Notes under the pieces: model-generated
The model's input: the letters and a program-made list of their open reading frames with translations, nothing else
Told to the model about the DNA's origin: nothing
Databases searched by the model: none
Shown here: in pieces, positions 47,930-57,916 of the stretch
How positions within the stretch are numbered: the stretch's first letter is position 1
Layout: each line of letters starts with the position of its first letter
Made by a program: the position numbers and the translations under genes
IMG/VR virus record: IMGVR_UViG_3300020050_006168
Location: 1-64,000 of that record
Strand: one strand, 5' to 3'
From: a virus
Lineage: Duplodnaviria; Caudoviricetes
Length of the DNA: 64,000 nt

Positions 47930-48333
47930 TGGAATTACCGGAAGAAACAATCAATGCTATTGAAGCTGGAATAGAACCTAAACCAAAGTCTACAGATCCT
48001 ATGGACAGTGATGAAGTAGCAATTGCCGCAGGTCACTACGGTAATATGTGTAAATCAATTAAAGGCTATGCCCGTGCCATGGGTGGCAAAGGTCTTGCCC
48101 GCGTAATGGTTGCTCTTGCTGAGTTTCCTTATGCGCAAGACTACCCTAAATTTAGATCAGATGCTGAGCAGAAGTTATTCACTTACATGCTTAGTATTCA
48201 ATCAGCTAAAGCCGTCATTGCTGAGGCGCTTAAGCCAAGCATGGCGGCTCTCCAACAACAAGCAGAAGATGGTATTGTAAAAGAAGAAATGACAAAACAA
48301 CAAGGAGAATCGACAGATGGCAACGTGGACTAA
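47929..48333 (+). CDS. hypothetical protein
   Basis: ORF track. Confidence 0.55.
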   Translation: MELPEETINAIEAGIEPKPKSTDPMDSDEVAIAAGHYGNMCKSIKGYARAMGGKGLARVMVALAEFPYAQDYPKFRSDAEQKLFTYMLSIQSAKAVIAEALKPSMAALQQQAEDGIVKEEMTKQQGESTDGNVD

Positions 48334-48550
48334 AGTAGGAACTTTGCGTAAAAGCAAAGCCGGTGGTTTATATATTAAAGTAGAAGGTGATGTATCTCTT
48401 AAAAAAGATTCGTCTCTATCACTACAGGACCCGCGAAAGAAGCTCGATGCTTCAGTAGCTGCTGGTCGTATGACGGCTGATGAAGCTGAAGGACGTAAAG
48501 CAAAAGTTCCTGAATATATCAAATACGAAATTTATTCAGTAGAAGATTAA
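48317..48550 (+). CDS. small putative ssDNA-binding protein
   Basis: 77 aa, basic/aromatic beta strands, located between erf and primase-helicase; positional inference. Confidence 0.35.
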   Translation: MATWTKVGTLRKSKAGGLYIKVEGDVSLKKDSSLSLQDPRKKLDASVAAGRMTADEAEGRKAKVPEYIKYEIYSVED

Positions 48551-48556
48551 ATAATT

Positions 48557-48617
48557 GGGGAAGCTGTCTGGAAACAGACCCTGGACTAGGATTGTCCAAC
48601 TCATGCCTTCCCCTCCA
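48557..48617 (+). ncRNA. tRNA-like 61-nt element ending in CCA (not a canonical tRNA)
   Basis: 7-bp GGGGAAG/CTTCCCC stem + T + CCA; GTCTG-GAAA-CAGAC arm; TGGAC-TAGGATT-GTCCA arm; no T-arm. Confidence 0.45.
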
Positions 48618-48623
48618 AGCCGC

Positions 48624-48651
48624 GCCTCAGGGCTTTGTTCTGGGGCTTTTT
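48624..48651 (+). terminator. Rho-independent terminator
   Basis: 10-bp hairpin GCCTCAGGGC-TTT-GTTCTGGGGC (three G-U pairs) followed by TTTTT. Confidence 0.6.
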
Positions 48652-48669
48652 CTTAGAGGGAGAAATGAA

Positions 48670-50610
48670 ATGGCCGTTGAGTATGTTCGTTTATCTGAAG
48701 GTTTAAATTCATACGAGTTAGTTCCTTCAACTGATAATATCTTTAATCGTATTAAATCTTTTGAAAAAGATTATTACGTATCTATTTTTAGATACAATGA
48801 AGAACAATTTAAATATTGGAAAGAAAATAAAACAGTAAGCGGTATTAAAGATGTTGTTACTAATAAACTATTTTTTGATTTCGATAATGAAAAGAACCCG
48901 GAAGCCGCTAGACAAGATGCTATCACTCTTGTATCTAGACTACTAAAGACTGGGATTCCTGAGAATACAATTCAAGTTGCCTTTAGTGGTAACAAAGGGT
49001 TTAGCGTTGAGGTTGCAACAACTGACGTTATGTCTCAAGAACAATTTAAGAATACAACATTTGCTTTAGCTTCTGACTTAGAAACATTTGACACAGTGGT
49101 TAACGACCCTCAGCGAATTGTTCGTGTGGTAGGAACTAAGCACAACAAATCTAAATTATATAAATTACCAATGACAGTAAGTCAATTATCTGAATTGGAC
49201 ATTCCAACAATTAAATCAATGGCATCAGACTTTAGTAATGTTGATGAGGATATTGTTAATAGCTGGAAAGAAGTAGAGCTTCCGTCATCAATTAAAGAGC
49301 TACAGTATACAAAGAAAGAAGAACCAGTTGAACCATCAGGTCAGACTGAAGAGGTCGATCTACGTCTTAAACCTAAGTGGATGACTGAAGCTAAGTTTGC
49401 TTTACAACAGGGTATGTTTAATGACGGTGAACGTAATGAAGCCTGTATGATTCTTGCATCTACGTATAAGAACCAGGGCTTCCCAAAAGAGATCACATAC
49501 AGAATCCTAAAAGGAACTCTTGAACTAAGAGCTAACCGCTTAGGACATAAGGACTACGACAAGAAAGAATTATGGTCTACGGTAATTGAACTAGTGTATA
49601 GTCCTCATTGGAAAGGTGGAATGTATTCATATGAAACAACCCCACTATTACAAAAGGTAACTAAACGTCTAGGTCTTAAACCACCTAAGGACGAAGAACA
49701 ACCATTAGTCACTCTAGATAAAGTAACAGATCTATTTAAACGGTTTGCTTTAGACATTGATAAGAATACAATTAAACTTGGTATTCCAATGATTGACAAT
49801 AATATTAAAGTAACCACGTCGATGCTCGTTGGTGTCCTTGCTGCACCTAGTGCGGGTAAGACCACGGTGAGTTTGAATATTCTTAATGCTGCATCCAAGT
49901 CTGGTATCAAGTCTGCGTTCTATTCTTTGGATATGGGTGCCCCACTTGTATACCAACGATTGATCCAGAGACATACTGGATATCAAGGTAAGCACATCTT
50001 TGATCTATATAAAACCGGATCGGCTGACATTAAAAAGTTTGAACAAACATTAGAAACTGAATATGCTAATGTTAAATTTTGTTTTAAGTCTGGTATTAGT
50101 GTTGAGGATATGCGAGAGTTTGTAATCAAAGAACAAGAGAAGTCTGGAGATAAGATCCGATTGCTTGTTGTAGATTATCTTGAATGTATCCAAGGTACAT
50201 TCTCTGACGCTACTGCTAATACAGCAATGATTGCGCAGAAGCTTAAGGATCTAGCCAATGAACTTGAGTTATGTATCATTCTATTACTTCAGCCTCAGAA
50301 ACACGCAGGAGACCCGTCCGCTGAGCTTTTAAGTTACAGACAGATCAAAGGTTCATCTGCTATTGAACAAGCAGCTAGTGTTATCTTTACCCTATGGAGA
50401 CCAGGCTTCTCAGCTAAGAATCCTCAGGATGATAAGTTTATTACTTTTGCTGTAGTTAAGAATCGTATGGGATCACTTGCTTCATTTGATTTCTCATGGG
50501 ATGGGCTCACTGGTAATATTGATGAGCTTGGCGATGAAGAGGCCGAGGAGTTAGACAAACTTAGAAAAAGGAGAGCCCTTGAAAAAGCGCAAGCGGACGG
50601 CGGAATCTAA
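48670..50610 (+). CDS. bifunctional AEP-type primase / DnaB-like (SF4) helicase
   Basis: AEP 'FFDFD', 'SGNKGF', 'QRIVRVVGTKH'; PriCT-like 'GERNEAC'; helicase 'AAPSAGKT', 'VVDYL', 'IEQAAS', 'KNRMG'. Confidence 0.85.
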   Translation: MAVEYVRLSEGLNSYELVPSTDNIFNRIKSFEKDYYVSIFRYNEEQFKYWKENKTVSGIKDVVTNKLFFDFDNEKNPEAARQDAITLVSRLLKTGIPENTIQVAFSGNKGFSVEVATTDVMSQEQFKNTTFALASDLETFDTVVNDPQRIVRVVGTKHNKSKLYKLPMTVSQLSELDIPTIKSMASDFSNVDEDIVNSWKEVELPSSIKELQYTKKEEPVEPSGQTEEVDLRLKPKWMTEAKFALQQGMFNDGERNEACMILASTYKNQGFPKEITYRILKGTLELRANRLGHKDYDKKELWSTVIELVYSPHWKGGMYSYETTPLLQKVTKRLGLKPPKDEEQPLVTLDKVTDLFKRFALDIDKNTIKLGIPMIDNNIKVTTSMLVGVLAAPSAGKTTVSLNILNAASKSGIKSAFYSLDMGAPLVYQRLIQRHTGYQGKHIFDLYKTGSADIKKFEQTLETEYANVKFCFKSGISVEDMREFVIKEQEKSGDKIRLLVVDYLECIQGTFSDATANTAMIAQKLKDLANELELCIILLLQPQKHAGDPSAELLSYRQIKGSSAIEQAASVIFTLWRPGFSAKNPQDDKFITFAVVKNRMGSLASFDFSWDGLTGNIDELGDEEAEELDKLRKRRALEKAQADGGI

Positions 50611-50875
50611 GCTATTAAAAACTTTTAAGAATAGATTTGTTACAATTAGTATTAAAGATGTAAAGATTCGTAGCGCAAGGGGCTCGTTATCTAATACGGC
50701 TTTTGTTGGTTATTTAGTTGACGAGGACAAAGAAAACCTGTATCTTAGTCAAGAAGAGGATGGCAAGATCTACGCTGCTATTCCTAAAGAACAAAACGCG
50801 GGCATCACTGCAACTGACGAGATTGCTTTTCTTATGGAAAACATTGATGTACCGGATGATCAAGGAATTCAATAA
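50579..50875 (+). CDS. hypothetical (Sm/SH3-like beta) protein
   Basis: ORF track; 'GYLVDEDKENLYL' strand pattern. Confidence 0.45.
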   Translation: MKKRKRTAESKLLKTFKNRFVTISIKDVKIRSARGSLSNTAFVGYLVDEDKENLYLSQEEDGKIYAAIPKEQNAGITATDEIAFLMENIDVPDDQGIQ

Positions 50876-53343
50876 TGTCTTTTGTTGTAAATACAAATGA
50901 ATCTTTTCAGGATGTGCTGTCTTGTTTACAGGACGGCATGAGCTTCAAACATTTAAAAGATAACGTATATAAGATTGGCCAGACTGATCTTGAGTTTACA
51001 AAAGAATACAAAGATCAACTTGATCTACACGACATTATCAATGGTAAGAATAAAGAAAACAATATTGTAAACATATCAGTTGATTCTGAATATAGTAAAG
51101 TATATGTATTCAAAGAAATTGATGGTAAGGTAACTCATGATGCGTTGCCTTATCGCCATTGGTTACTAGCTAAGAATAAACCTAATGATTCATTTAAAGA
51201 ACTAAGTGGCAGTCAGCCATTTAAATATTATAAAGATTACGATTCATTTGAATTTCTTACTGCGGTTAAAGCTAAGACCTATGGTCCTAATTATTTTACC
51301 ATTCAACACCAAGCTGAAAACTTTATGATTAGAAATGGTCATACATATTATAAAGGAATGAAGAGTTCAGATGTATCTATGCTATCATTTGACATTGAGA
51401 CAACTGGACTAAGTGCTCATACATCATCATTACTTCTTATTACTAACTGTTTTAGGAAACAGGGTGAGTATACAAATAAGACTTTTTCTATTGCAGATTA
51501 CTTAGATGAAGCTGATATGATTGATGCTTGGGTGGGTTGGGTTAATCAAATGAATCCATCGATTTTAATTGGCCATAACATTGTAATGTTTGATATTCCA
51601 TTTATTGCAACTAGATATGAACTAACGACATCTGGAGAGAAGCTTAGACTTGGTAGATTAAACACCGAGCTTGAGATTGAAAGCCGGGCTAGAGAGCTAC
51701 GCAAAGATGGAAGCCAAACTTATACATACCATCGTATTAATTGTTTTGGTCGTGAGATTGTAGACACATTCTTTTTATCAATCAAAGCAGATATTGCCCG
51801 CAAGTATGAATCATATGGTCTTAAGTCCATAATCAAACAGGAGGGCCTAGAAGAAGAAGGACGCGAGTTCTACGATGCTAGCAAAATTGGAGCTAACTGG
51901 CACATACCAGAAGAAAGAACTAAGATCATAGCTTACGCAGAAGCAGATAGCCGTGACCCGATTAAGCTGTTTGATCTTATGTCGGCGCCATTCTTTTATC
52001 TTACTCCACACATTCCTAAGCCATTTCAAATCATGATTGAATCAGCAACAGGTTCACAGATCAACGCATTGATGGTTAGGTCATACCTACAAAAAGATAT
52101 GAGCGTTGCCCAAGGTTCTGACTCAGTTGAGTTCGAGGGTGCCATATCATTTGGGAATACAGGAATCTATGACAATGTATTTAAAGTTGACGTAAGCTCG
52201 CTATACCCTAGTGTAATGAGAGTATATAATATTTATCCTGAAGGTAAGGATTATAATAATCATTTCTTAAAGATGCTTGAATACTTTACCGTTGAACGAT
52301 TAAAGAATAAGAAGCTTGCCAAAGATACCGGTGATAGATTTTATGATGACCTACAGAATGCACAAAAGGTTGTAATCAATTCTGCCTATGGATTTATGGG
52401 AGCCAGAGGACTAAACTATAATCATCCTAAAGGCGCCGCTGACGTAACTCGATATGGAAGAGAAGTAGTTACTAAAGCCTGTGTCTGGGCAACAGGACAT
52501 ACATTAAAGAAAGCAGTTAAAAAGATTGTCAATGAAGGCAAAGAGAATGAAGAGATTGAATACCATTGGGTCATGGGAGATAAGGTTGCCGAAGGTAAAG
52601 GATACATTATATCCAACTGCGATACAGATTCCATTTCGTTCACTTGTGGTAAGGATCTTACTAAAGATGACCGGGCCAGCATCCTCACAGATCTTAACAG
52701 TAATTTCCCAAAGGGGATTAAGTTTGATGACGATGGTTACTATCCTCGCATTGTTATTCTTAAGGCTAAGAACTACATTCTTTTTGATGGCACTAAGATT
52801 AAGCTTAAAGGTAGCTCCATTAAAGATCAAAAGAAAGAGCCAGCTTTAAAAGAGATGATGGATAAAATGATTCATTGTCTTGTATTTAATACTGCAGATA
52901 ATGTAGTTAACATTTATAAAGAATATATTAAAGAAGCGTATAAGCCAACAGACATTAAAAGATGGGCAGCCAAGAAGACAATTACAAAAGCCATCCTTAA
53001 CTGCGCTAAAGACCCTGAGGCAAGACTTAATGAACGTAAGGTATACGAAGCTGTTAAAGCATTACCCGGCCTTCAGGAGGGTGATAAGGTTTATCTATAT
53101 CCATGTATCGTATCTTCTAGTACAGAGACTACAACTCTTAAGAATGGCAAGATTAAAGAAAAGGTTAGTAAGGTTGTTGGCTTAAAAAATGTTTCTGATT
53201 GGACTCAAGATGAAGATAACAGTAAGCTAATAGAACGTGTTGTGGATACTGTTGATATATTTTCTAACATTATAGATACAGATAGCTTTATTAATTATAG
53301 TCAGGCTAAAAATAAAAATAGCTTGACAGAACTAGTTTCTTAG
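50875..53343 (+). CDS. polB: DNA polymerase family B
   Basis: Exo 'SFDIETT', 'GHNIVMFDIP', 'YAEAD'; polymerase 'DVSSLYPS', 'QNAQKVVINSAYG', 'NCDTDS'. Confidence 0.95.
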   Translation: MSFVVNTNESFQDVLSCLQDGMSFKHLKDNVYKIGQTDLEFTKEYKDQLDLHDIINGKNKENNIVNISVDSEYSKVYVFKEIDGKVTHDALPYRHWLLAKNKPNDSFKELSGSQPFKYYKDYDSFEFLTAVKAKTYGPNYFTIQHQAENFMIRNGHTYYKGMKSSDVSMLSFDIETTGLSAHTSSLLLITNCFRKQGEYTNKTFSIADYLDEADMIDAWVGWVNQMNPSILIGHNIVMFDIPFIATRYELTTSGEKLRLGRLNTELEIESRARELRKDGSQTYTYHRINCFGREIVDTFFLSIKADIARKYESYGLKSIIKQEGLEEEGREFYDASKIGANWHIPEERTKIIAYAEADSRDPIKLFDLMSAPFFYLTPHIPKPFQIMIESATGSQINALMVRSYLQKDMSVAQGSDSVEFEGAISFGNTGIYDNVFKVDVSSLYPSVMRVYNIYPEGKDYNNHFLKMLEYFTVERLKNKKLAKDTGDRFYDDLQNAQKVVINSAYGFMGARGLNYNHPKGAADVTRYGREVVTKACVWATGHTLKKAVKKIVNEGKENEEIEYHWVMGDKVAEGKGYIISNCDTDSISFTCGKDLTKDDRASILTDLNSNFPKGIKFDDDGYYPRIVILKAKNYILFDGTKIKLKGSSIKDQKKEPALKEMMDKMIHCLVFNTADNVVNIYKEYIKEAYKPTDIKRWAAKKTITKAILNCAKDPEARLNERKVYEAVKALPGLQEGDKVYLYPCIVSSSTETTTLKNGKIKEKVSKVVGLKNVSDWTQDEDNSKLIERVVDTVDIFSNIIDTDSFINYSQAKNKNSLTELVS

Positions 53344-53367
53344 TATAAAACAAAAGGTGGAGGCATA

Positions 53368-53532
53368 ATGTCTTATTATCAATTCTGTAAAATTTTACGT
53401 GACAATGGCTGGCAATCTATTAAATTATATAATAGCAATGAGACCTGGCATAAAGATGGTAACACAAAACAAATTAGTGTTACTGATGTTATGTCTAAAA
53501 GTCTATTAGAAGGCTTTGTTAATTATGTCTAA
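53368..53532 (+). CDS. small HicA/dsRBD-like protein (54 aa)
   Basis: RBS GGAGG; MSYYQFCKILRDNGWQSIKLYNSNETWHKDGNTKQISV...; HicA-like 'L...GW' but lacks the GSH motif. Confidence 0.45.
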   Translation: MSYYQFCKILRDNGWQSIKLYNSNETWHKDGNTKQISVTDVMSKSLLEGFVNYV

Positions 53533-55060
53533 AAAAGAATTACTTAAAAAGGGTAAGACCTTTATTGTTGCTAATGGTAGGTACCCAACTAACCCTGAGC
53601 TTATTGCTATGGGTATGGCCAGAACTACAATGAGAGATCAGTTTGGTAATCTTGCTGGTTACCTAGATGAATTATATAAAGAATCTAGAAACCTCATCTT
53701 TGATTTGAATAAAGAAAATATTAAAGATATTAGTACTAAGAAGAATAAAACATTTATCATTACTACTGCGGTTACTGGAGATAAGGTTGAGCCTAAGGCG
53801 CTAGCATCTATTAATACTTTCTGTAAGAAGTTTAATGCTAAGCTTATTGTTCATGTAGCTAAAGGAAAGAAAGCCTTAGGTCAAACACTGGACCCTGCTT
53901 TACGTAACTATGATATCTGTCTTAAAGAGATTAACCTAAATACAAATGTAAAACTTATTCCTGTGTTTCAATCTAGCGGTAAGTCAGACCCGGCTTCAGG
54001 GGGCTTACCTCGTACTGGCAAAAGAGATAGTAGTATTATTGTTGCATCTCCTAAGCAACGTCTATTATATACAGCTACTGGTATTGATAAGCTTCCTCAT
54101 GCCATTATGGGTACTGGTGCTATCACTAGACCAGCATATGAACGAACTGCTATCAGTGGTTACATGGCAGAGTATGATCATGTAATGGGTGCGGTAATCG
54201 TTGAGATTAAAAATGATGAGATCTTCCACTTCAGACAAGTACAATTTGATGAGCACGGGGGATTCGTAGATCTAGGAACTTATGTTCGTGGTAATAAAAT
54301 TACTAAGATGAAACCTAGTGCTATGGTACTCGGTGATTGGCATAGTGGTAAGTGCATGGCTTCTGTTGTTAATGCGTCTAAAACTATTACAACACAGCTA
54401 GGAATCCCTCGTTGGATTTTACATGATATTTTTGATGGTGGTAGCGTTAGTCATCACAATGAAGGTAAGCTATTACTTCTAGCAATGAAAGCTGGAAAGC
54501 AAGAACTAAACTTAGACATGGAGTTAAACAACTTAACTCAAGATTTAAAATGGATGACTACATTCTTAAAAGAAATTGTTATTGTTAAATCAAATCATGA
54601 TGAGCATCTGGAAAGATATCTAGATGAAGGTAGATTTATGAAAGACCCGGCTAACACAGAACTATCTATTACATTAGCTGGCGCTATGTTAAAAGGTAAT
54701 AGCCCGGTTCAATACTACGTAGAGCAAGGACTTAAATCAGATAAACTAATTTGGCTTAAGAGAGATGAGTCATATATGATTGCTGGTATTGAGTGCGGCG
54801 CTCATGGTGACAAAGGAGCCAACGGCTCTAAGGGTAGCATTGGTTCATTAGAGAAAGCATTCGGCGATTGTGTATTCGGTCACGCTCACACTCCACAGAT
54901 CCTAAGAGGTGCTTGGTGTGTAGGTACTACTACAGACACACATGCGGACTACGGAGCAGGACCTAGCAGTTGGATGAATACCCATTGCTTGGTATATCCA
55001 AATGGATCTAGACAAATGATTAATTTTATTCAAGGTGAATTTACAATTAGGGATTTATGA
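53525..55060 (+). CDS. T5 A1-like protein with calcineurin-like metallophosphoesterase domain
   Basis: 'IVASPKQRL', 'TGAIT', 'GAVIVEI...FHFRQ'; metal motifs 'LGDWH', 'HDIFDG', 'SNHDEH', 'HGD', 'GHAH'. Confidence 0.7.
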   Translation: MSKKELLKKGKTFIVANGRYPTNPELIAMGMARTTMRDQFGNLAGYLDELYKESRNLIFDLNKENIKDISTKKNKTFIITTAVTGDKVEPKALASINTFCKKFNAKLIVHVAKGKKALGQTLDPALRNYDICLKEINLNTNVKLIPVFQSSGKSDPASGGLPRTGKRDSSIIVASPKQRLLYTATGIDKLPHAIMGTGAITRPAYERTAISGYMAEYDHVMGAVIVEIKNDEIFHFRQVQFDEHGGFVDLGTYVRGNKITKMKPSAMVLGDWHSGKCMASVVNASKTITTQLGIPRWILHDIFDGGSVSHHNEGKLLLLAMKAGKQELNLDMELNNLTQDLKWMTTFLKEIVIVKSNHDEHLERYLDEGRFMKDPANTELSITLAGAMLKGNSPVQYYVEQGLKSDKLIWLKRDESYMIAGIECGAHGDKGANGSKGSIGSLEKAFGDCVFGHAHTPQILRGAWCVGTTTDTHADYGAGPSSWMNTHCLVYPNGSRQMINFIQGEFTIRDL

Positions 55061-55578
55061 GTTATCTACAGGATGACCTTAAGAAGTTAATCAAGTATGC
55101 TCAAGGCTTGGGACTCAGGGTTGTGATTAAAGATTATGATGGATCAGGTGATGGTGCTGGCTGGACAACAGATGGCACTGAGATTACATTGTTTAAATGG
55201 AAGAATCAAACTGTAACGCGAATGATCCTTAATCTACTACATGAACTTGGACATCATATGTCTTGGGTATATTCTGGTAGAGCTAAAGATAAAAAGATAG
55301 AGACGGCTCTTGATCTGGAAGATCAAAGAAAAAGTAAACATTCGCCAGTTATTCCTAAGAGATACCGTAAGCTTATATATGAATCTGAAGTAAAGGATGC
55401 TGAATACAGAGAGCAGATTGCTTTAGAAGTAGGATTACGCATACCAACTTGGAAAGTAAAAGCAGATAAAGACCTTGACATTTGGTTATATAAGATGTAC
55501 TATGACACTGGAAATACTCCAACCATGAAAGACTCTAGTGCTAAATACAAAGAACTAAAGGATAAATACCGTGGATAA
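55057..55578 (+). CDS. ImmA/IrrE-like HEXXH metallopeptidase
   Basis: 'LLHELGHH' after a 'GAGW...I.L' strand; later 'ESE..DA' third ligand region. Confidence 0.65.
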   Translation: MSYLQDDLKKLIKYAQGLGLRVVIKDYDGSGDGAGWTTDGTEITLFKWKNQTVTRMILNLLHELGHHMSWVYSGRAKDKKIETALDLEDQRKSKHSPVIPKRYRKLIYESEVKDAEYREQIALEVGLRIPTWKVKADKDLDIWLYKMYYDTGNTPTMKDSSAKYKELKDKYRG

Positions 55579-55746
55579 AGCTATTCAATTTAAATTAACT
55601 TTTCTTGATGGTAGTGATGTAATTTGGACTTCTAATTCATCAGTATTACAATACGCAATTGCCGATCTTATTTCAAAGAAGTTCTATAATGTTGATGATA
55701 TTCATTACAACGCCAATCATTTGTTTAGCTGGGAAGTAGTTAAATA

Positions 55747-56034
55747 ATGCCTAAGCGCAAAGAGCGAGATGGTATTGAATTTTGGAGAGGTAAAGTTCGT
55801 GAGCTTCAAAAAGAAAACATTGCATTAAAGAAACAAGTTCGTCAATTACAAAAGACAGAACATCTTTATGAGGATGTTATATTAGGAAACAAAGATGCTG
55901 CGTTTGAAGAAAAGGTTTATGAACCTCATTGTATTCATTGTGGCAAAGGTAGAATTAAAACATTAAACATACTGGATAGAATATTTCAGGAATGTGACGT
56001 CTGTGACTACAGGAAGAAAATTGGTGGACCATGA
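55747..56034 (+). CDS. coiled-coil + Zn-ribbon protein
   Basis: 'CIHCGKG...CDVCDY'. Confidence 0.55.
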   Translation: MPKRKERDGIEFWRGKVRELQKENIALKKQVRQLQKTEHLYEDVILGNKDAAFEEKVYEPHCIHCGKGRIKTLNILDRIFQECDVCDYRKKIGGP

Positions 56035-56393
56035 AAGCATTTAATAAAAGAGCCTTTGTCCTGTCAGGACTTAGACGTATGAGCTACCGATGGCCGTCCA
56101 GATACCTAGCACAGAAAGCGGCTAAGGTTGAACGAGGCTTATACTTTTGTAATATATGTGGTTGCATTGATAAGAAAAAGAACTTTCAATTAGACCACGT
56201 TATTCCTGTCATACCTATTGAAGGGTTTGGAGATGGAGTATCTTGGGACTGGAACCAGGTTGTAGAAAGAATGATGCCTGATGAGATCTCAGGTTACCAA
56301 ATGCTTTGCAAGGGCTGTCATCAAATCAAAACTAAAGAAGAGAATCTTAAACGAGTAGACGTACGTAGAGCCCGTAAAAAAGAAAATGCTTGA
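56031..56393 (+). CDS. HNH endonuclease (T7 gp7.7-like)
   Basis: 'CNICG...QLDHVIPV...QMLCKGCHQIKT'. Confidence 0.75.
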   Translation: MKAFNKRAFVLSGLRRMSYRWPSRYLAQKAAKVERGLYFCNICGCIDKKKNFQLDHVIPVIPIEGFGDGVSWDWNQVVERMMPDEISGYQMLCKGCHQIKTKEENLKRVDVRRARKKENA

Positions 56394-57133
56394 CATTTGG
56401 CCTGATTCTTGCTATACATATCATGAGGTGTGTATGGAATCTATTCTTGCTAAACTAAGAGCCTGGGCTGATCGTGGTGTCAGTATGCCTATCATACGTG
56501 ACCCAGTTACTGACATGCCTTCTATTACTCTTACATTCCCCTATATTGCATTCGCATTAGCAGTCCATGCAGTTATCCAGTTACTAGGAGTTAATACTCT
56601 CTACGGTACTGTAGCTGCGTTATTGCTGTGGCTTATGGCTACAATCCTATATTTAATTAGAAAACTAAATAAAGTCAAACTTGACGTTGATGATCAAAGC
56701 TTAGAGCTAGAAGGTGGTGACAGTGAACAAAAGTCTTAAATCTCTATTAGTACTTATTGCTATTGGGGCTGCAGGGTATGGCGTAGGCCGTTACTTACAG
56801 CCAGCTAAAATTGTTGAAGTTGAAAAGGTTGTGGAAAAAGAACGTAAGAGTGTTGAGACTGTTGTGAAGGAAATCATTAGACCAGACGGTACTAAAGAAA
56901 CACAGACGACTAAAAAAGAAGTAACTAATAAAGAACGTGATACAGATAAAAGTAAAACAATTGAAGCATCTAAGCCTCAATACTTTATTGTTGCTGGCTA
57001 TGGTCTAACTCAAAATGCTTATACACTTAATGCTAACAGACGAATTTTAGGTAATATCTATGCTGGTGTCTATGGTACATATAGCGAATTATCTAAGGTC
57101 AATGCGGGGCTTACAGTAGGATATGAGTTCTGA
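56386..57133 (+). other. two membrane-associated CDS (holin-like 2-TM protein ending 56739; signal-anchored protein 56714-57133); possible lysis functions
   Basis: Hydrophobic helices; the second has an N-terminal anchor and C-terminal alternating beta strands ending in Phe ('VGYEF'). Confidence 0.4.
56390..56418 (+). promoter_or_regulatory. sigma70-type promoter
   Basis: TTGACA-17 bp-TATACA with TG extension. Confidence 0.55.
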
Positions 57134-57916
57134 TAAGTCAGTAAGTGATTTACTACAGATATTAAATGATTCTTCTCCTCATGCTGATCACGTCACTGAG
57201 GTTGAAAGATTCATTGCCGATATGCAGATAGAACATTCTGATACAGAGAAGGTTCATGCATCAGTTATCTATTGGTTTTATATGAAATGGAAAGCATCTG
57301 GTGGTGGTGAAGAAGGGATTCTTTTAAATCGGTGGAGATTCTTTACCAAGTTTATTAAGTACTTTCAGAGGGGAAGACACAGGAGTGTGTTTTATAAAAT
57401 AAAGAAAGAGAAGTTTTTAGTTAGTAGAGCAGAGAAGAAACTAATTAAAGCTGATTTTAAATCTGAAAGGAAACGAGCCAAGTGGCGAAACGCACAAAGA
57501 AAACAAAGAGCACGATTAAAGCTAAGAAAAAAAGAGATCTTAGAAAATACCCAGGACTAGATAAGACCTTATTCTCTAAGATTAAACAAGAGTATCATGA
57601 CATTGATTATGCTCATAAACTAAATGACAATGAAAAGAAATGGCTAAGCCAATTCATGGAAGAAGACTTAGGGGCACAACTTAATCCTGATACACTAAAG
57701 AGTAAGTATAATCGTAAGGCTCTTAATAAAACAAAGACTCAACGTAAGGGATGCTTTGATAGAAACAATCACAGGAATGTAGATATATACGGGGTTGGCC
57801 GGGCTACTGGTAGACTAGCGGATATAAAAGCGCCAGCAATTGAATCTTACCTAGAAGAGCAAGATCAAGAAAGCTACGAAGACTATCTTATTAAAAAGAT
57901 AGACAGATCTAAATAA
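57123..57916 (+). other. two basic hypothetical CDS (57123-57560, 57482-57916)
   Basis: ORF track; Lys/Arg-rich. Confidence 0.55.

Noticed and set aside
48557-48617. Canonical tRNA-Ser(GGA), tRNA-Pro or tRNA-Sec
   Set aside because: No T-arm/TTCRA loop, anticodon loop lacks U33 and purine 37, and it is too short; kept only as tRNA-like
48592-48669. N-terminal extension of the primase-helicase in the ORF track
   Set aside because: It runs through the tRNA-like element and terminator; the RBS supports ATG 48670
8683-53343. Inteins or group I introns in terL, thyX, nrdJ, helicase or polB
   Set aside because: Proteins have normal lengths, continuous motifs and no intein C-terminal HN-C/S/T junction with a LAGLIDADG block
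16953-53349. Additional TTGACA hits (16953, 17166, 23907, 29010, 53323) as confident promoters
   Set aside because: The spacing to a plausible -10 is 15 bp or no good -10 is present; not listed as features
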